From NCBI RefSeq assembly GCF_001194135.2, contig NC_069003.1, forward strand, positions 10,404,684 through 10,468,683: a DNA stretch of 64,000 bases. Reading direction: 5' to 3'. Made by a program: the position numbers and the translations under genes. This DNA is from Octopus bimaculoides (lineage: Eukaryota). Position 1 is the first letter of the stretch. Each line of letters begins with the position of its first letter. A model generated the notes under the pieces. It was not told the DNA's origin, ran no database searches, and was given only the letters and a program-made list of their open reading frames with translations. Of the stretch, positions 37,373-50,300 are shown piece after piece.

Positions 37373-37815
37373 TATTATCACTATTATTATTATTATTATC
37401 ATTATCATCATCATCGTTATTATTATTATCATTATCATCATCATCGTTATTATTATTATTATCATCATCGTTATTATTATCATCATCATCATCGTTATTA
37501 TTATTGCATGGAGTTCGGCTTTGCCTTTCGTTCTTTCAAGATCGATAAATTAAGTACCAGTTGAACACTGGGGTCGATGTAATCAATACATCCTCTCCCC
37601 CAAAATTGCTGCCCTTGAGGCAAAATTTGAAACCATTATTATTATCATTAGTATGGCAGCGAGCTGGCAGAATCACTTTGCCTTTTGTCCTTTCAGGGTC
37701 GATAAATTGAGTACCAGTGAAATATTAGGGTCGATGTAATAGACTAGTCCCCTTCCACCAAATTTTAGGCCTTGTGCCTTTAGTAGAAAAGATTATTATT
37801 GTTATTATTATTATT
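36275..37815 (+). mobile_element. Head-to-tail array of about 6 family B SINEs with (ATT/ATC)n spacers
   Basis: Heads at about 36275, 36516, 36732, 36985 and 37652, plus a truncated unit at about 37505. A 340-bp ATT/ATC expansion lies at 37163-37505. Confidence 0.88.
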
Positions 37816-37840
37816 GACATCTCATTTTTTTCTATTCCAG

Positions 37841-37989
37841 ATGAATTATTTCTACGTGCATTCCAAGACAAGAGGATAGAACCTGCAGTACAAAACGTCC
37901 TCTCTTTAATGGCAGGAAAGGAATCTGAAACAATAGGGAAACTAGTTCCAGAAGTCCTAAGAAGGATCAGAATGGAAAATTTAACATAA
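37841..37989 (+). CDS. VAC8-like: Vac8-like last coding exon (DELFLRAFQDKRIEPAVQNVLSL...RMENLT*)
   Basis: Acceptor ttttttctattccag, phase 1 entry, TAA at 37987-37989, 149 nt. Confidence 0.85.
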
Positions 37990-38170
37990 TCTCTCTCGAC
38001 AGGTAAACATCACCTCACATGCACAACAAAATAAAAGGTAGAATCATGGAATCAGTAAGATGGTTTTATATGATGGGATTATCTACATACTTTAGATTAG
38101 ATGTAGGTAGGTCGAATGAAGTATCAAACAACAACAACAACAACAATCATACTCACCTTAGATGTCTTAA

Positions 38171-38355
38171 CCCCTCAGCATTCAGATCACTTTGTCACAT
38201 CGAATGCTTATTTATTCACATTACTTTGGATTAATCTTACATTATCTCATAGTTTTGAGACAACGATGACGTAATTGTTTATCTGTAGAATGACATTGTA
38301 GGGTAGATGTAAGAGGCCAGATCTGGCTGATGTGACTAGTTTAATTACCGAAGGG
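38171..38355. mobile_element. piggyBac-like MITE
   Basis: TTAA|CCC...GGG|TTAA ends at 38167-38173 and 38353-38359. Confidence 0.8.
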
Positions 38356-40404
38356 TTAAAACAGATCAATACTGTTGTTCTTGATTGAATTTACAATAAT
38401 ATGATATCCCATGAATTAAAGGATTGATCAGATTATCACCAATAGCATGTTACATCATACAATGGAAAAAATAATCATAGATCAATGCCAGTTATGTCAT
38501 TAGATTGATTCTTTTCCTCATTAAATATTGTACTTACTTTGGTCATTCATATAATATGCATTAATGCTAACACATCATAAGATATATCATTGCTGTATGT
38601 CTTAAGACATAAAAATCCTTCTTATTGATCCTCATCATCATTAAGTATTGTCTTAAGATAGGTCATATATAATATGCATCATATTAATGCTGACATATCG
38701 TCATAAGATATATCATTGCTATTACTTTGTGTATGTCTCCAGACATAAACAGTACCTTATGTCATAAACAGGAGCCGTACATCTCAGATTTACCTGCAAC
38801 ATAGCCACTACCTGTCATAAGACATAGATTAACAATGAGCCATGAACAATGTGCTACGTCATTTAATGGATCCATTATCCACCACCAGATATTCCATATA
38901 AACATATATCATCCCAAGATGGATCAGTATCATGTATAACGTCATATGGATCAACTACGACAGCTGTTTCAGCTCCTGCCAAAGGGATACCTTTAAAACC
39001 TAAACATCACAGACATCACAGAGATCCTGTGTTGGATTAAAATGCATTCTTCCAAATGTCCCAAGAAATTCTGAATTCAAACAGGATCCACAGACCTTTG
39101 ATGTCACATGTAATTTATCACTGAACTCTCAACATGTTACTAAAACAATTAAAGTCCTGAACTACAAAAAATTGTCCCTACAAGCATTATCCACATCTTA
39201 AGAAAAACATTGTCAACCTGAGAATATCTGATACTTTTGAAAACCCTTTCAAAATTACAAATATTACAACAAACTATTAACAGAATTTTAATTCCCCTTT
39301 CTCTGAAATATATCATGGCTAATCCTAAGCAGCACCTGAAGGAAAACACCCAGTTTGTTGTTACTTAAGGTCTGTGGGTGAAACTTGGAACAGCTCATAT
39401 GAAGAAAAAAAAAGCTGCAAAAACAACAGCAACAATAACACTGTAACAAAATTTTAATTTTGTTTTGTTTTTGGTCAGTAAGTGTTGTTTTATTTGTTTC
39501 TATCTAAAAATCAAAAGAAATTACTACTATTCCCTTCAAACTTTGCTTTTGTGACTTGGACATCAAGGTTTTGTAACTGACCTATTTCCCGCCCCACCAC
39601 CCATTACATCTCAGACAGATTCTGTGCTGAGTTGCTGAAGCAGAAAATATCATTATAGCAAATATTCTGTTCAATACTACAGGTTTGCTTGTCAGTTACT
39701 TGACCTTAACAACGTGCGCTTCTCCGTTTGGGGCTGACAATATGCGCTTCTCTGATCATGAGCAAAAGTAGTGGAGGAGCATCATAGCCATGTGTTGAGA
39801 GGGATTCTTTGGGGTTTGAATAAATATCATAACAAAAGCAAAGTCTGAAGGAAATGTTAACCATTTTTCATACTCTCTAGAGATAAGCAAACAGGAAATA
39901 ACAGTTGTTAGCCTCGTATTATACAGTATAATAACAATAATAATAATAATCCTGGAATGGAACAGCAGAAAATTCCTTTAAAACTTTGATACCATACTCA
40001 TTTTAAGATGGATCCAGATGAGATCCTTAAAAATCCCTCACACCACAATCAAAATATTTTGTGATCATCGGCATGTCGAGCTTGCTCGGACATTTTTAGC
40101 CCGCACTCGCCATGCAGTGAACAATTATTCTGTTAATAACAGTATTTGAAGGTATGTAAGCTGCAATTTTTGTTTTTAAAGTTTCTATAATGTCACCCCT
40201 GGTCCTATATGCGAAGTCGGGCCTCCTACACGTTTTATCCCCGACGCTCACTTTTTCTTTGAATATGCACAGCTAAAATTAGAGTGTATCTAATATATCC
40301 ATGTGTTTTTATGCCATCAAATACGGTATTATTTTACATTTTCTAAACGATTCTTACAGCAATACTTCGGTGAGTACGATAAAGTTTATGCTTTAGTCTA
40401 ACAA

Positions 40405-40564
40405 GAGTTGTCTCCCATACTTACTCATAATAACGAGAGTTGTCTCCCGTACTTACTCGAAATAACAAGAGTTGTCTCCCGTACCTACTCGGAATAACAA
40501 GAGTTATCTCCTGTACTTACTCGAAATAACAAGAGTTGTCTCCCGTACTTACTCAAAATAACAA
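40405..40564. repeat. 5 x 32-bp minisatellite (GAGTTGTCTCCCGTACTTACTCGAAATAACAA)
   Basis: Units start at 40405, 40437, 40469, 40501 and 40533. Confidence 0.95.
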
Positions 40565-41514
40565 AAGTTTGTTTCTTGTCTATGGTTTTCCTTACTACGT
40601 AATTTTTTCTAATAATCAGATTTACAGCAAAGTATTTTAAAACGCTAACATAAAACTAGGTTGTAATCAGCAGCGTAGCAGGAGTTTATGACGCTTAGAG
40701 CACATTGAGTTTCGGCTCCAACTCTGGGTCCCCTAGTTTATACAGGGCTTAAACAGTTCACTACACTCCCGGTTTTATTACTATTTTTTTTTCACCCCTA
40801 TTTTATTTTTTTATTTTATTTCTTACCATAGAAACCTGTATCATTCCATCTTCGACATTTTTAGTTAGGTTTCTCATATCCTGGGGCTAAAATTAACAGA
40901 TGGTAGAATGGAAGGTAAAGGAGAGAGAGAGATTTGGTTTCTAATCCAAGCTCCAACTGCTTTTACTTGTATATTAATTACATAGTAATTTCTAAGATCC
41001 ACTCTGATCCAGAGTTGTAGCACTCCTCATGATCCCAGCTATGGGTTTATTATTGTATTCTAAAAATACAATAACTGAATCTTCAGTTGTTATTTTTTTT
41101 AAATATCTCAAGTGACCATAATTTCATAATGGAACCAATAATAATTTTTATCACAATTATAACCATAATTTTGTAATTTCTCACAAGCATATGTACAGCT
41201 TTTATAATCATGTGACCTATTCTGTGATCCTTGGATGGATCAAGCAGAATCTGCTCTATTGCAAACACTCAGACTCGGTCTGGGATTTAAAAGGGTAAAG
41301 GGCCCCTTTTGATNNNNNNNNNNATATTTGTATATATTTATTTATTCATATATATATTTATTTATATATTTATTTTTATTTGTTTAAATGTATATTTATT
41401 CATTTATTTATATATTTATTTAATTATTTATATATTTATTTACTTATTTATATATCTATTTATATATATATTTATTTATGTATTTATTTATATATTTATC
41501 TATTTATATATATA

Positions 41515-41556
<42 letters not shown>

Positions 41557-42646
41557 TTATTTATTTGTACATATATTGAATTATATATTTATTTATGTAT
41601 TTATATATATATTTATTCATTTATATATGTATTAATTTATATTTATTTATTTATATATATTTATTTATATATTATTATTATCACTATCATTATTATTATT
41701 ATTATCATTATCATCATCATTGTAATTATTATTATTATTATCATCGTTATCATTATTAATATTATCACTATTATTATTATTTCTATCATCATCGTTATCA
41801 TAATTTTTATTAATAATTAATTTTTATCACATTTATAACCATAATTTTGTAATTTCTCACAAGCATATGTACAGCTTTTGTAATCTTGTGAGCTATTCTG
41901 TGATCCTTGGATGGATCAAGCAGAATCTGCTCTGCTGCAAACAGTCAGACTTGGTCTGGGATTTAAAAGGGTGGATCAAAGACCCTCTATGATCATGATT
42001 GATCTTGGAGTTGCATCGAGAAAGTTCCCCCCTGAGACAAAACGTTGTTTATGGAAGACCAGAAGTTGCCCATGCATACCAGCCTCCACTCTCCATGCCT
42101 CTGATGCTATCCAAAGGAAAGGCAAAGGCTGATACAGCTTGGCACCAGTGATGTCGCAACTCATTTCTGCAGCTGAGTGAACTGGAGCAATGTGAAATAA
42201 AGTGTCTTGCTCAAGAACACAACACACACCCTGGTCTGGGAATCAAACTCACCGGTTCAGTGGTTAGGTATGGGATTTAACATTAGATAAATCAATATTT
42301 TGATGCTTCCTCTGTGTCTGCAAGACACGAAAACATTCTTTGGCAATGCTGCCATTCCTTCTCTGACAAAATATAAAAGTAAAGAAAGAACAAAGAAACA
42401 AGTTCTGATGTGAAAGACATACATATATATATATATATAGATATATATATTTTTATTTTGTGAATATAAAAAAATATTACATTATATATATTTTATTTTA
42501 TTTTCATGTGTGCATTTTATATGTATGCCAACAATTATTATTGTCAACATTTTCAAAACACGATTAGTTTCATTACATACACACACACACAGTCAAACAT
42601 ATGTATTTACATAATCGCACACATACATAACATACTGAAAAGACAA

Positions 42647-42682
<36 letters not shown>

Positions 42683-43682
42683 GTGTATATACAATTTCAG
42701 GCAAAAAAAATAATACATATCTACACAAACATGTATATATTACAGCACATTTATACAAATATATTACATACATACACACACACACACACTCACATTTTAT
42801 TACATAAAAAAAATCGATATGTTGAATGTTTTGAAGTAAATAGATTTATATACAAAATAGCAGAGCAACATTATAACAATAACAAAAAAAATAATAAAAG
42901 CAACAACAATGTACCAATTCATTGAAAAAAAAAAAAAAAAAAATTATAATTGAAATGTAAAAAGAAAGTTTAAAAAAAAAATTTTTGTTGTTTTTTTTCT
43001 TCAAATCATTTCTATAGCAAAATAAGCTCAAGTCTTTGATGCCTTGTTTGATTTTTAGTCAACAAATCTGATAGTATTATTGGTTGGGGATGACTATGTG
43101 AACACGTCTGTATGTCTACTTATATGTGTGTATATGTATATGTGTGTGTGTGTGTATATATATACACACACACACACGTGTGTATGTATATATACACGTG
43201 TGTATATATATATAAACGTGTGTATATATATATAAACGTGTGTGTATATATATATATATATATATACACATGTGTATATATATATATGCACGTGTGTATA
43301 TATATATATATATATATATACACATGTGTATAAATATATATATACGGGGCAGCTGATGGAGATGTTCTCTTTGTGGCCTGTGTGTTTTCTGTACTCGTTT
43401 ATCATTTTGTCTACGCTTTGTTTGCAATGTTCTGTACCCAGATATGCATCTATATATACAGGTAGATGTATGTACATACATGTACGTATATATGCATATA
43501 CTCATTTATTATTTGTATTATATATATATATATATATATACACAAATCGACCCCAGGACTTATTCTTTGTAAGCCTAGTACTTATTCTATCGGTCTCTTT
43601 TACTGAACCACTAAGTTACGGGGACGTAAACACACCAGCATCGGTTGTCAAGTGATGTTGGGGGACAAACACAGACACACAA

Positions 43683-43719
<37 letters not shown>

Positions 43720-44679
43720 CATNNNNNNNNNNNNNNNNNNNNNNNNNNNNNNNNNNNNNNCATGTGGTTCGTAAGCAAGCTACTTACCACACAGCCACTC
43801 CTATGCCTATATGTATGTATACATATATATATATATATATATATATTCGTACATACATACACACGACAGTAGCAAACAGTGAAGATGAATGCTATGTTTG
43901 GTGTTTAAATATACTTTTATATAGTGTAGGGACATATATTTCCAGGTGAGCACCACATACCCACCAAAGATGGTAAATAATTTTCTTTACAGTAATTCTG
44001 TTCAGTATCACAAGGAAAATTTTGAATTTGTCCTAAGTCTACAGATCCACGAGACCAGAGATTATTCCAGTACCTGATGTGATGCTTAAGCAAGTGAGGG
44101 TACAAGACCAACTCCACTATGGAATGGGCCACCAGTTCATCACAGGGTAAGCTATACAAATCTCATAAATTTAAATGAAATGCCTTGATTAAGGACATGG
44201 TGTGCTACCTAGCCCTAGAGTCACACTCACAGCTTTAAGTTCATTAAGTTCATTATCTCGGTACCTTAACCAATGAGTCACATGGCTTTATCATGATATA
44301 AAATCATGGCTGGATTCCAAATCTAATTCTATACACACAGAAACAAAATCGAGTCAGAGTGAATTTGTATACCTACATATATATAGTCTTGCCTTGGACC
44401 ATCAAACCATTTGATAATGTTGTAGGGGCAACATCATGCATCACTGGGGTGTAAAAGAGGTTTAACAAAATACCACAATGTATTTTGGGCCACTTTATGA
44501 CTGAATTCTGGCAACCCACCATCCTAGAATGAAATGAGATAATAGGGGTGGAAGTGGTGATAAAAAGACTTCAGTTTCACTAAAATTATACTCTTATATA
44601 AGTTTATGTACTGTTCTGTGATAAGATCAACAAAACAAGTATTCCATCTGGTGAGAGATAAATATTATTTCATAGACAT

Positions 44680-44804
44680 AATACATGTGTTTATGTGCTA
44701 CTAATAATTTCTTGTACTGAGAACATGCCAAATAATGTTATAAAACATTGTTTGGCATGTTCCCAGTACAACAAACTATTAGTAGCACATAAAAAAACAT
44801 GTAT
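44680..44804. other. Near-perfect hairpin, about 50-bp arms, 3-4 nt loop
   Basis: tttatgtgctactaataatttcttgtactgagaacatgccaaataatgtt / aacattgtttggcatgttcccagtacaacaaactattagtagcacataaa. Confidence 0.9.
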
Positions 44805-46374
44805 TGTGTCTCTTAAATAACACACACACACACACACGTATATATTGTCAAACAATAATATTACTGGTTATGGTACATAACAGGTCAGAATATGTTTCCA
44901 TTTGTTTCGCACTGAATATTGCCTCTAAACAATATTGATGACTCTTCAAACATGCTGGCTTGAAGCACAATCACTTCTTAAGTGCTTAAGGTACATAAAC
45001 TCTAGGTTGACTTAGTGGTTGTACTTTTATTTCTGACTTCTGGAAGACATTATATACACACACATACACACAGTCTGCCCCCCAAAAATGCATACACGCT
45101 TCAGAAAAGAGAAAATCTGTATAAATATTTTAATTCAGCATTATCACAATTTGATAAAACATTGAAAGAGGTATTTATAGAGGTACATATACAAGTTAAA
45201 TATTTACACAGATGTTTCCATTCCTGAAGTGTCTTTTTTTTTTTTTGGTGGACTATGTATGCACAAACAATGACCTGGCTAGAAATAGTAAGGGTATGTC
45301 ATTGAAGAGGTCATGAATGGCAGCAAAAGAACTCTAACCCTAGCTGATTGATCAATTGATCAAGTAATCAATTAGTTAAATGGTTGAATAATTAACTAGT
45401 TGACTAATGATAAAAGAAGTGAAACAGAATTTCTGTTTCTTATTGGCACAATGGCCCTTCCCAAAATATATTTGAAATTATACAGAAGATCCAGAGATAT
45501 TACAGGATGGTGGGTTGTTGATATTGCTTTTTAACCCCAAGGCAACTAGGACCAGACCTAAGCACATGTAAGATCAACAGTGTTCCTGTGATAGTCAATG
45601 GGTATTTTCATTTCTTTCTTTCCACTATAGGCAGTGTTTCTAAGACTCATGTGTCCTCCATGGTATTTCAAAATACAATAGGCTCTGATCTGAGGGTAAT
45701 CTGGTTACTATTACTACCATGTCATGCAACCACATATATTTGTTCATTCCTGTTACTAAATTCAACCCTCAACTCCTCCCTAACCCAGCTTCCTTTCCAC
45801 TAAACGCTACAGAAATCTATGTCCTATCTACAAAGGCATCTGCAAATGGTTAACATTATTGGTTAACTCTTCTCTCTCTCAACATAGGCTAAGTCCACCT
45901 TAACCCTATCATTCATACTATATCATTCACTGAAAATACCAACAATTTACTAGGGTTAAAAGTAATCAAATGAAAAGCATCGTCCTTATGATCATCATTT
46001 TATCATCAACTATTCCATGCTAGCATGGGTCAGAGGGACTTCATTGAGGCAGATTTTCTACAGCTGGATGCCCTTCCTGTTGCTAGCCTTCACCTATTTC
46101 CAAGCAAGGTAATATTCCCCCACCCCACCATGTTTTCATGGTAAGTTTGAAGTGAATAATGCTGCTTGTATGCTGGTGACACTCATTTTATGACCATCTC
46201 ACAATATCAAGACACTCATACAAACATAATAGGCTTCTTTCCACCCACCAAATCACACTCACAAAGCTTTCAACAACACCCAAATTTGTAGCTATTTCAT
46301 CAAGCAACCCCTTGGTCAAAACCCTTAAAATGGGACCATCCAATGTGTGCATGTGAAATTTTTTTTCAGACAGT

Positions 46375-46710
46375 AGGGCATGATCAAGGAGGATTTGGCT
46401 GTTTTATCTAGCAGTTTGAGCTACCATGTAGAGGTACCTTATTGGCTAGGGTATGATTGAAGATTTGGCTGTTCTATCTAGCATTTTGAGCTACCATGTA
46501 GCGGTTCTTTCAGTGGCTAGGATGTAATTGAGGAAGATTTGGCTGCTCTATTTAGCATTTTGAGGTACCAAGGTGAGATTGAGGAAGATTTGGCTGCTCT
46601 ATTTGACCATTTGAGCTAACATGTATAAGTTCCTTCATTGGCTAGGGAGTGATTTGAGGAAGATTTGACTATTCTCTATAGCGTTTTGAGAAACCATATA
46701 AAGGTTCCCT
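46375..46710. repeat. About 5 degenerate tandem units (about 60-75 bp) derived from a dispersed repeat
   Basis: Recurring gaggaagatttggctgctctatttagcattttgagctaccatgtag. Confidence 0.8.
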
Positions 46711-47039
46711 TGCTGTCAGTGTTTTCAGTTGGTGCCCCTGACAATAATTTGATTTTAATAAACTCTTCTTAAGTAGGTATTAAAGAATAGATAAATTTAC
46801 CTGACGACTAATCTCCAAGACTTTTGGTAAGCCCATCTTCCACCTTAACCCTTTGCAGCAGGTGAAAGGTTCGCACTAATAAAATAAGAATTCATAAATC
46901 CACTGAAAACCCAGGCCAGTATTATAATAAATAAATAATAAATATATAAATAAATATGTACAAATATTGATTTTTAATATTGGCATTGGGAGGTCATGGC
47001 TTTGGTATTACAGACAAGTGGTTAGAATGTCAGAGGAAA

Positions 47040-47360
47040 GAATTGCAAGATAGATTCTTCAAGCCAAGCCAACTGGTAGGAAAACTAAGGATAGACCAAG
47101 GATAATGAGATGGATGGATAAAATTCCAGTCTCGGCTGGTCTTGTTTTGGAATCCAACCAGAAAATCCAATGACAGTTGCTTCTGATAGGACCCAATGGA
47201 GGAGGGGCCTGAGGGTTCTGTCTCCATGACTGGTAGGAGACTTAGGGGTAGACCAAGAATGAGATGGTTGGGAATCCAACTGAAAAGTGTAACGACAGTT
47301 GCTTCTGATAGGACCCAATAGAGGAGGGGCCTGAGCTTGACTCTACTCCCATGGCCCTTC
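47040..47360 (+). pseudogene. RTE-clade LINE C-terminal fragment, tandemly duplicated
   Basis: GRPRMRW...VASDRTQWRRGL occurs twice; a related reverse copy lies at 63340-63540. Confidence 0.6.
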
Positions 47361-50300
47361 AAGGAACAATGGGCGGAAAAAAAATGGGTGAATGGATGGA
47401 ATATTGGAACAAGGTCATAGATTTATGTATAGACTTAGGACTTAACAAAATATAAGTTATAAACTAGACTGGTGCGTCCTAATTATGTTTGACTTGGGGA
47501 TAAACTGGAAATGAAATTAAAAAAATAAAAATGACTGACTCACTTTACAGGGAAAATTTTTTTTAAATAAAACATTTTAAAGTTTAAAAATTGATAAAAA
47601 GGATATTATCTAAAAAAAAAATCCCTTTTGTTTCCCTTGTTTGATAAATTGTATTTGGATATAACAAAATGATAAACTTTCTAAAGCCTTAAATTATAAN
47701 NNNNNNNNNNNNNNNNNNNNNNNNNNNNNNNNNNNNNNNNNNNNNNNNNNNNNNNNNNNNNNNNNNNNNNNNNNNNNNNNNNNNNNNNNNNNNNNNNNNN
47801 NNNNNNNNNNNNNNNNNNNNNNNNNNNNNNNNNNNNNNNNNNNNNNNNNNNNNNNNNNNNNNNNNNNNNNNNNNNNNNNNNNNNNNNNNNNNNNNNNNNN
47901 NNNNNNNNNNNNNNNNNNNNNNNNNNNNNNNNNNNNNNNNNNNNNNNNNNNNNNNNNNNNNNNNNNNNNNNNNNNNNGGCACAAGGCCCGAAATTCTGGG
48001 TGAGGGGGCTAGCTGATTAGATCGACCCCAGTATGCAACTGGTACTTAATTTATCCACCCTGAAAGGATGAAAGGCAAAGTCAACCTTGGCAGAGTTTGA
48101 ACTCAGAATGTAAAGACAGACGAAATACCGCTAAGCGTTTCGCCCAGCATGCTGAATTAAATATTAAATATTTTTTCCTACTCTAGGCACAAAGGCCAAA
48201 ATTTTTGGGGAGGGGCCAGTCGATTAGATCGACCCCAGGATGCAACTGGTACTTAATTTATTGACCCCAAAAGGATGAAAGGTAAAGTTGACCTCAGCGG
48301 AATACAGATAAGCGTTTCACCCAGCATGCTGAATTAAATATTAAAAAGTAAAAATTCATGTTGCATCTAGATAATCCCTGCATTGCACAAGTGCACCGTA
48401 GTGCACTGATTTAGAACTGATGGACAAGATAAAGATAACTTATAATCTTGTCACATGCAGCATACAGCTTAGTTAATCCTAAGATTATCATATTTCTGTT
48501 GAAATACATTACATTTGTTTCGGTTAACTTGGAAAGTATCATTAATCTTTTGCTTATTTCAGTCATTTGACTGCGACCATGCTGGGGCATCAACCTCAAA
48601 GAATTTCAGTCGAAAACGAATTGACCTCAGTGCTTATTTTTTAAAGCCTGGTACTTATTCTATCGGTCTCTTTTGCTGAAACATTAAATTATGGGACACT
48701 GGTTGTCAGGCAGTGGTTGTAGACAAACACAGACTCAAAGAGACATTTGCTTGAGGTGCAATGCAGTACCTGTGCCTTTTGAAGAATTTAGTAAAATAAC
48801 TTTGTCATTATTAAGTTAATATTTGGAACATAAATGAACATAGAATTTTGATTGAAGGTTTTACTTTAAAGCACTTTAAAATAGGAAGTTTCTAACACAG
48901 AAACAGGGCTGGTCTCAGATAAGTTAGTAACGAAAAGGGTTAAATTGTTCCATGTGTGTGTTGGACTAGGCTGGGATAAAAACAGGGTCTATATATCTGA
49001 TGTATGGGATGGGATCTACTTGTCATTCCAGAATATTCTATGATCCATTTCTTTGTCTAGGTTATGTCACATTATATATCTCTCTCTCTATTTCATCAGA
49101 GCTTCCTGAATCAAACCATAAAGAACAAAAACCACAGTCACATCAATCATCAATGAAACGAAGAAGATGGCCTCTACATGGTCACTCGATCTGTTAGAAA
49201 TAGCAGCTAAACCTCTGTGTTTTCTCAAAGAAAAGAAGCAAGACATATAATTAATATACTCCAAGATAAAAACTATGTTTGAGATGGGGTGGGGGGTGTT
49301 GGAAGAAAGATGGGATCTAAGGTTTAACAGCAACAATGGTCAAATTGATGATCTAAAGGAAAAGGCTGCTAAGTAGTCAATCAATTTACTTGAAATAGCA
49401 ACTAAATCTCTTCTCGTTATCTTAAACATGGCATGTAAAACACATTAAATAATGAAGTCCTACATAAAACTATACTCATGGTGGGATGGGAGAAAAAAAA
49501 AAGAGACNNNNNNNNNNNNNNNNNNNNNNNNNNNNNNNNNNNNNNNNNNNNNNNNNNNNNNNNNNNNNNNNNNNNNNNNNNNNNNNNNNNNNNNNNNNNN
49601 NNNNNNNNNNNNNNNNNNNNNNNNNNNNNNNNNNNNNNNNNNNNNNNNNNNNNNNNNNNNNNNNNNNNNNNNNNNNNNNNNNNNNNNNNNNNNNNNNNNN
49701 NNNNNNNNNNNNNNNNNNNNNNNNNNNNNNNNNNNNNNNNNNNNNNNNNNNNNNNNNNNNNNNNNNNNNNNNNNNNNNNNNNNNNNNNNNNNNNNNNNNN
49801 NNNNNNNNNNNNNNNNNNNNNNNNNNNNNNNNNNNNNNNNNNNNNNNNNNNNNNNNNNNNNNNNNNNNNNNNNNNNNNGTGTGTGTGTGTGTGAGCATGA
49901 TTTATATATATATATATATATATATATACATGTGTGCATATGTGTGTGTATGCATGGGTACTTGGTTGTGTGTGTGTATTAGTGTGTATATCATCATCAT
50001 CATTGTTTAACATCTGCCTTCCATGCTAGCATGGGTGGGACGGTTTCACAAGAGCCAGCCAGGCAGAAGCCTGCACCAGACTTCTGTAACTGTTTTGGCA
50101 GGATTTTTACAGATGGATGCCCTTCCTAACACCAACCACTCAGCAATGGAAGGATGAGACTATTTATCTACTTAGGTTATTCCTTTTTTAGCCAATTAAA
50201 TGGAGGAAAAGAAACACTCGTGATGTCATCATAGAATCTCTGGTTGATTGAGATGCAGAAGGAAAGGGAAGAACCAGAAGACATCAAAGGAGCTCAATGG

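Noticed and set aside
40405-40564. CRISPR-like regular 32-bp repeats
   Set aside because: Units are directly adjacent with no unique spacers, the context is eukaryotic, and there are no cas genes. The 45-bp array at 15136-15405 is rejected on the same grounds.
43340-43450. Unique-looking island within microsatellites (DAYLGTEHCKQSVDK...)
   Set aside because: Weak splice sites and no recognisable family; more likely a dispersed-repeat fragment. A copy-number search would decide.
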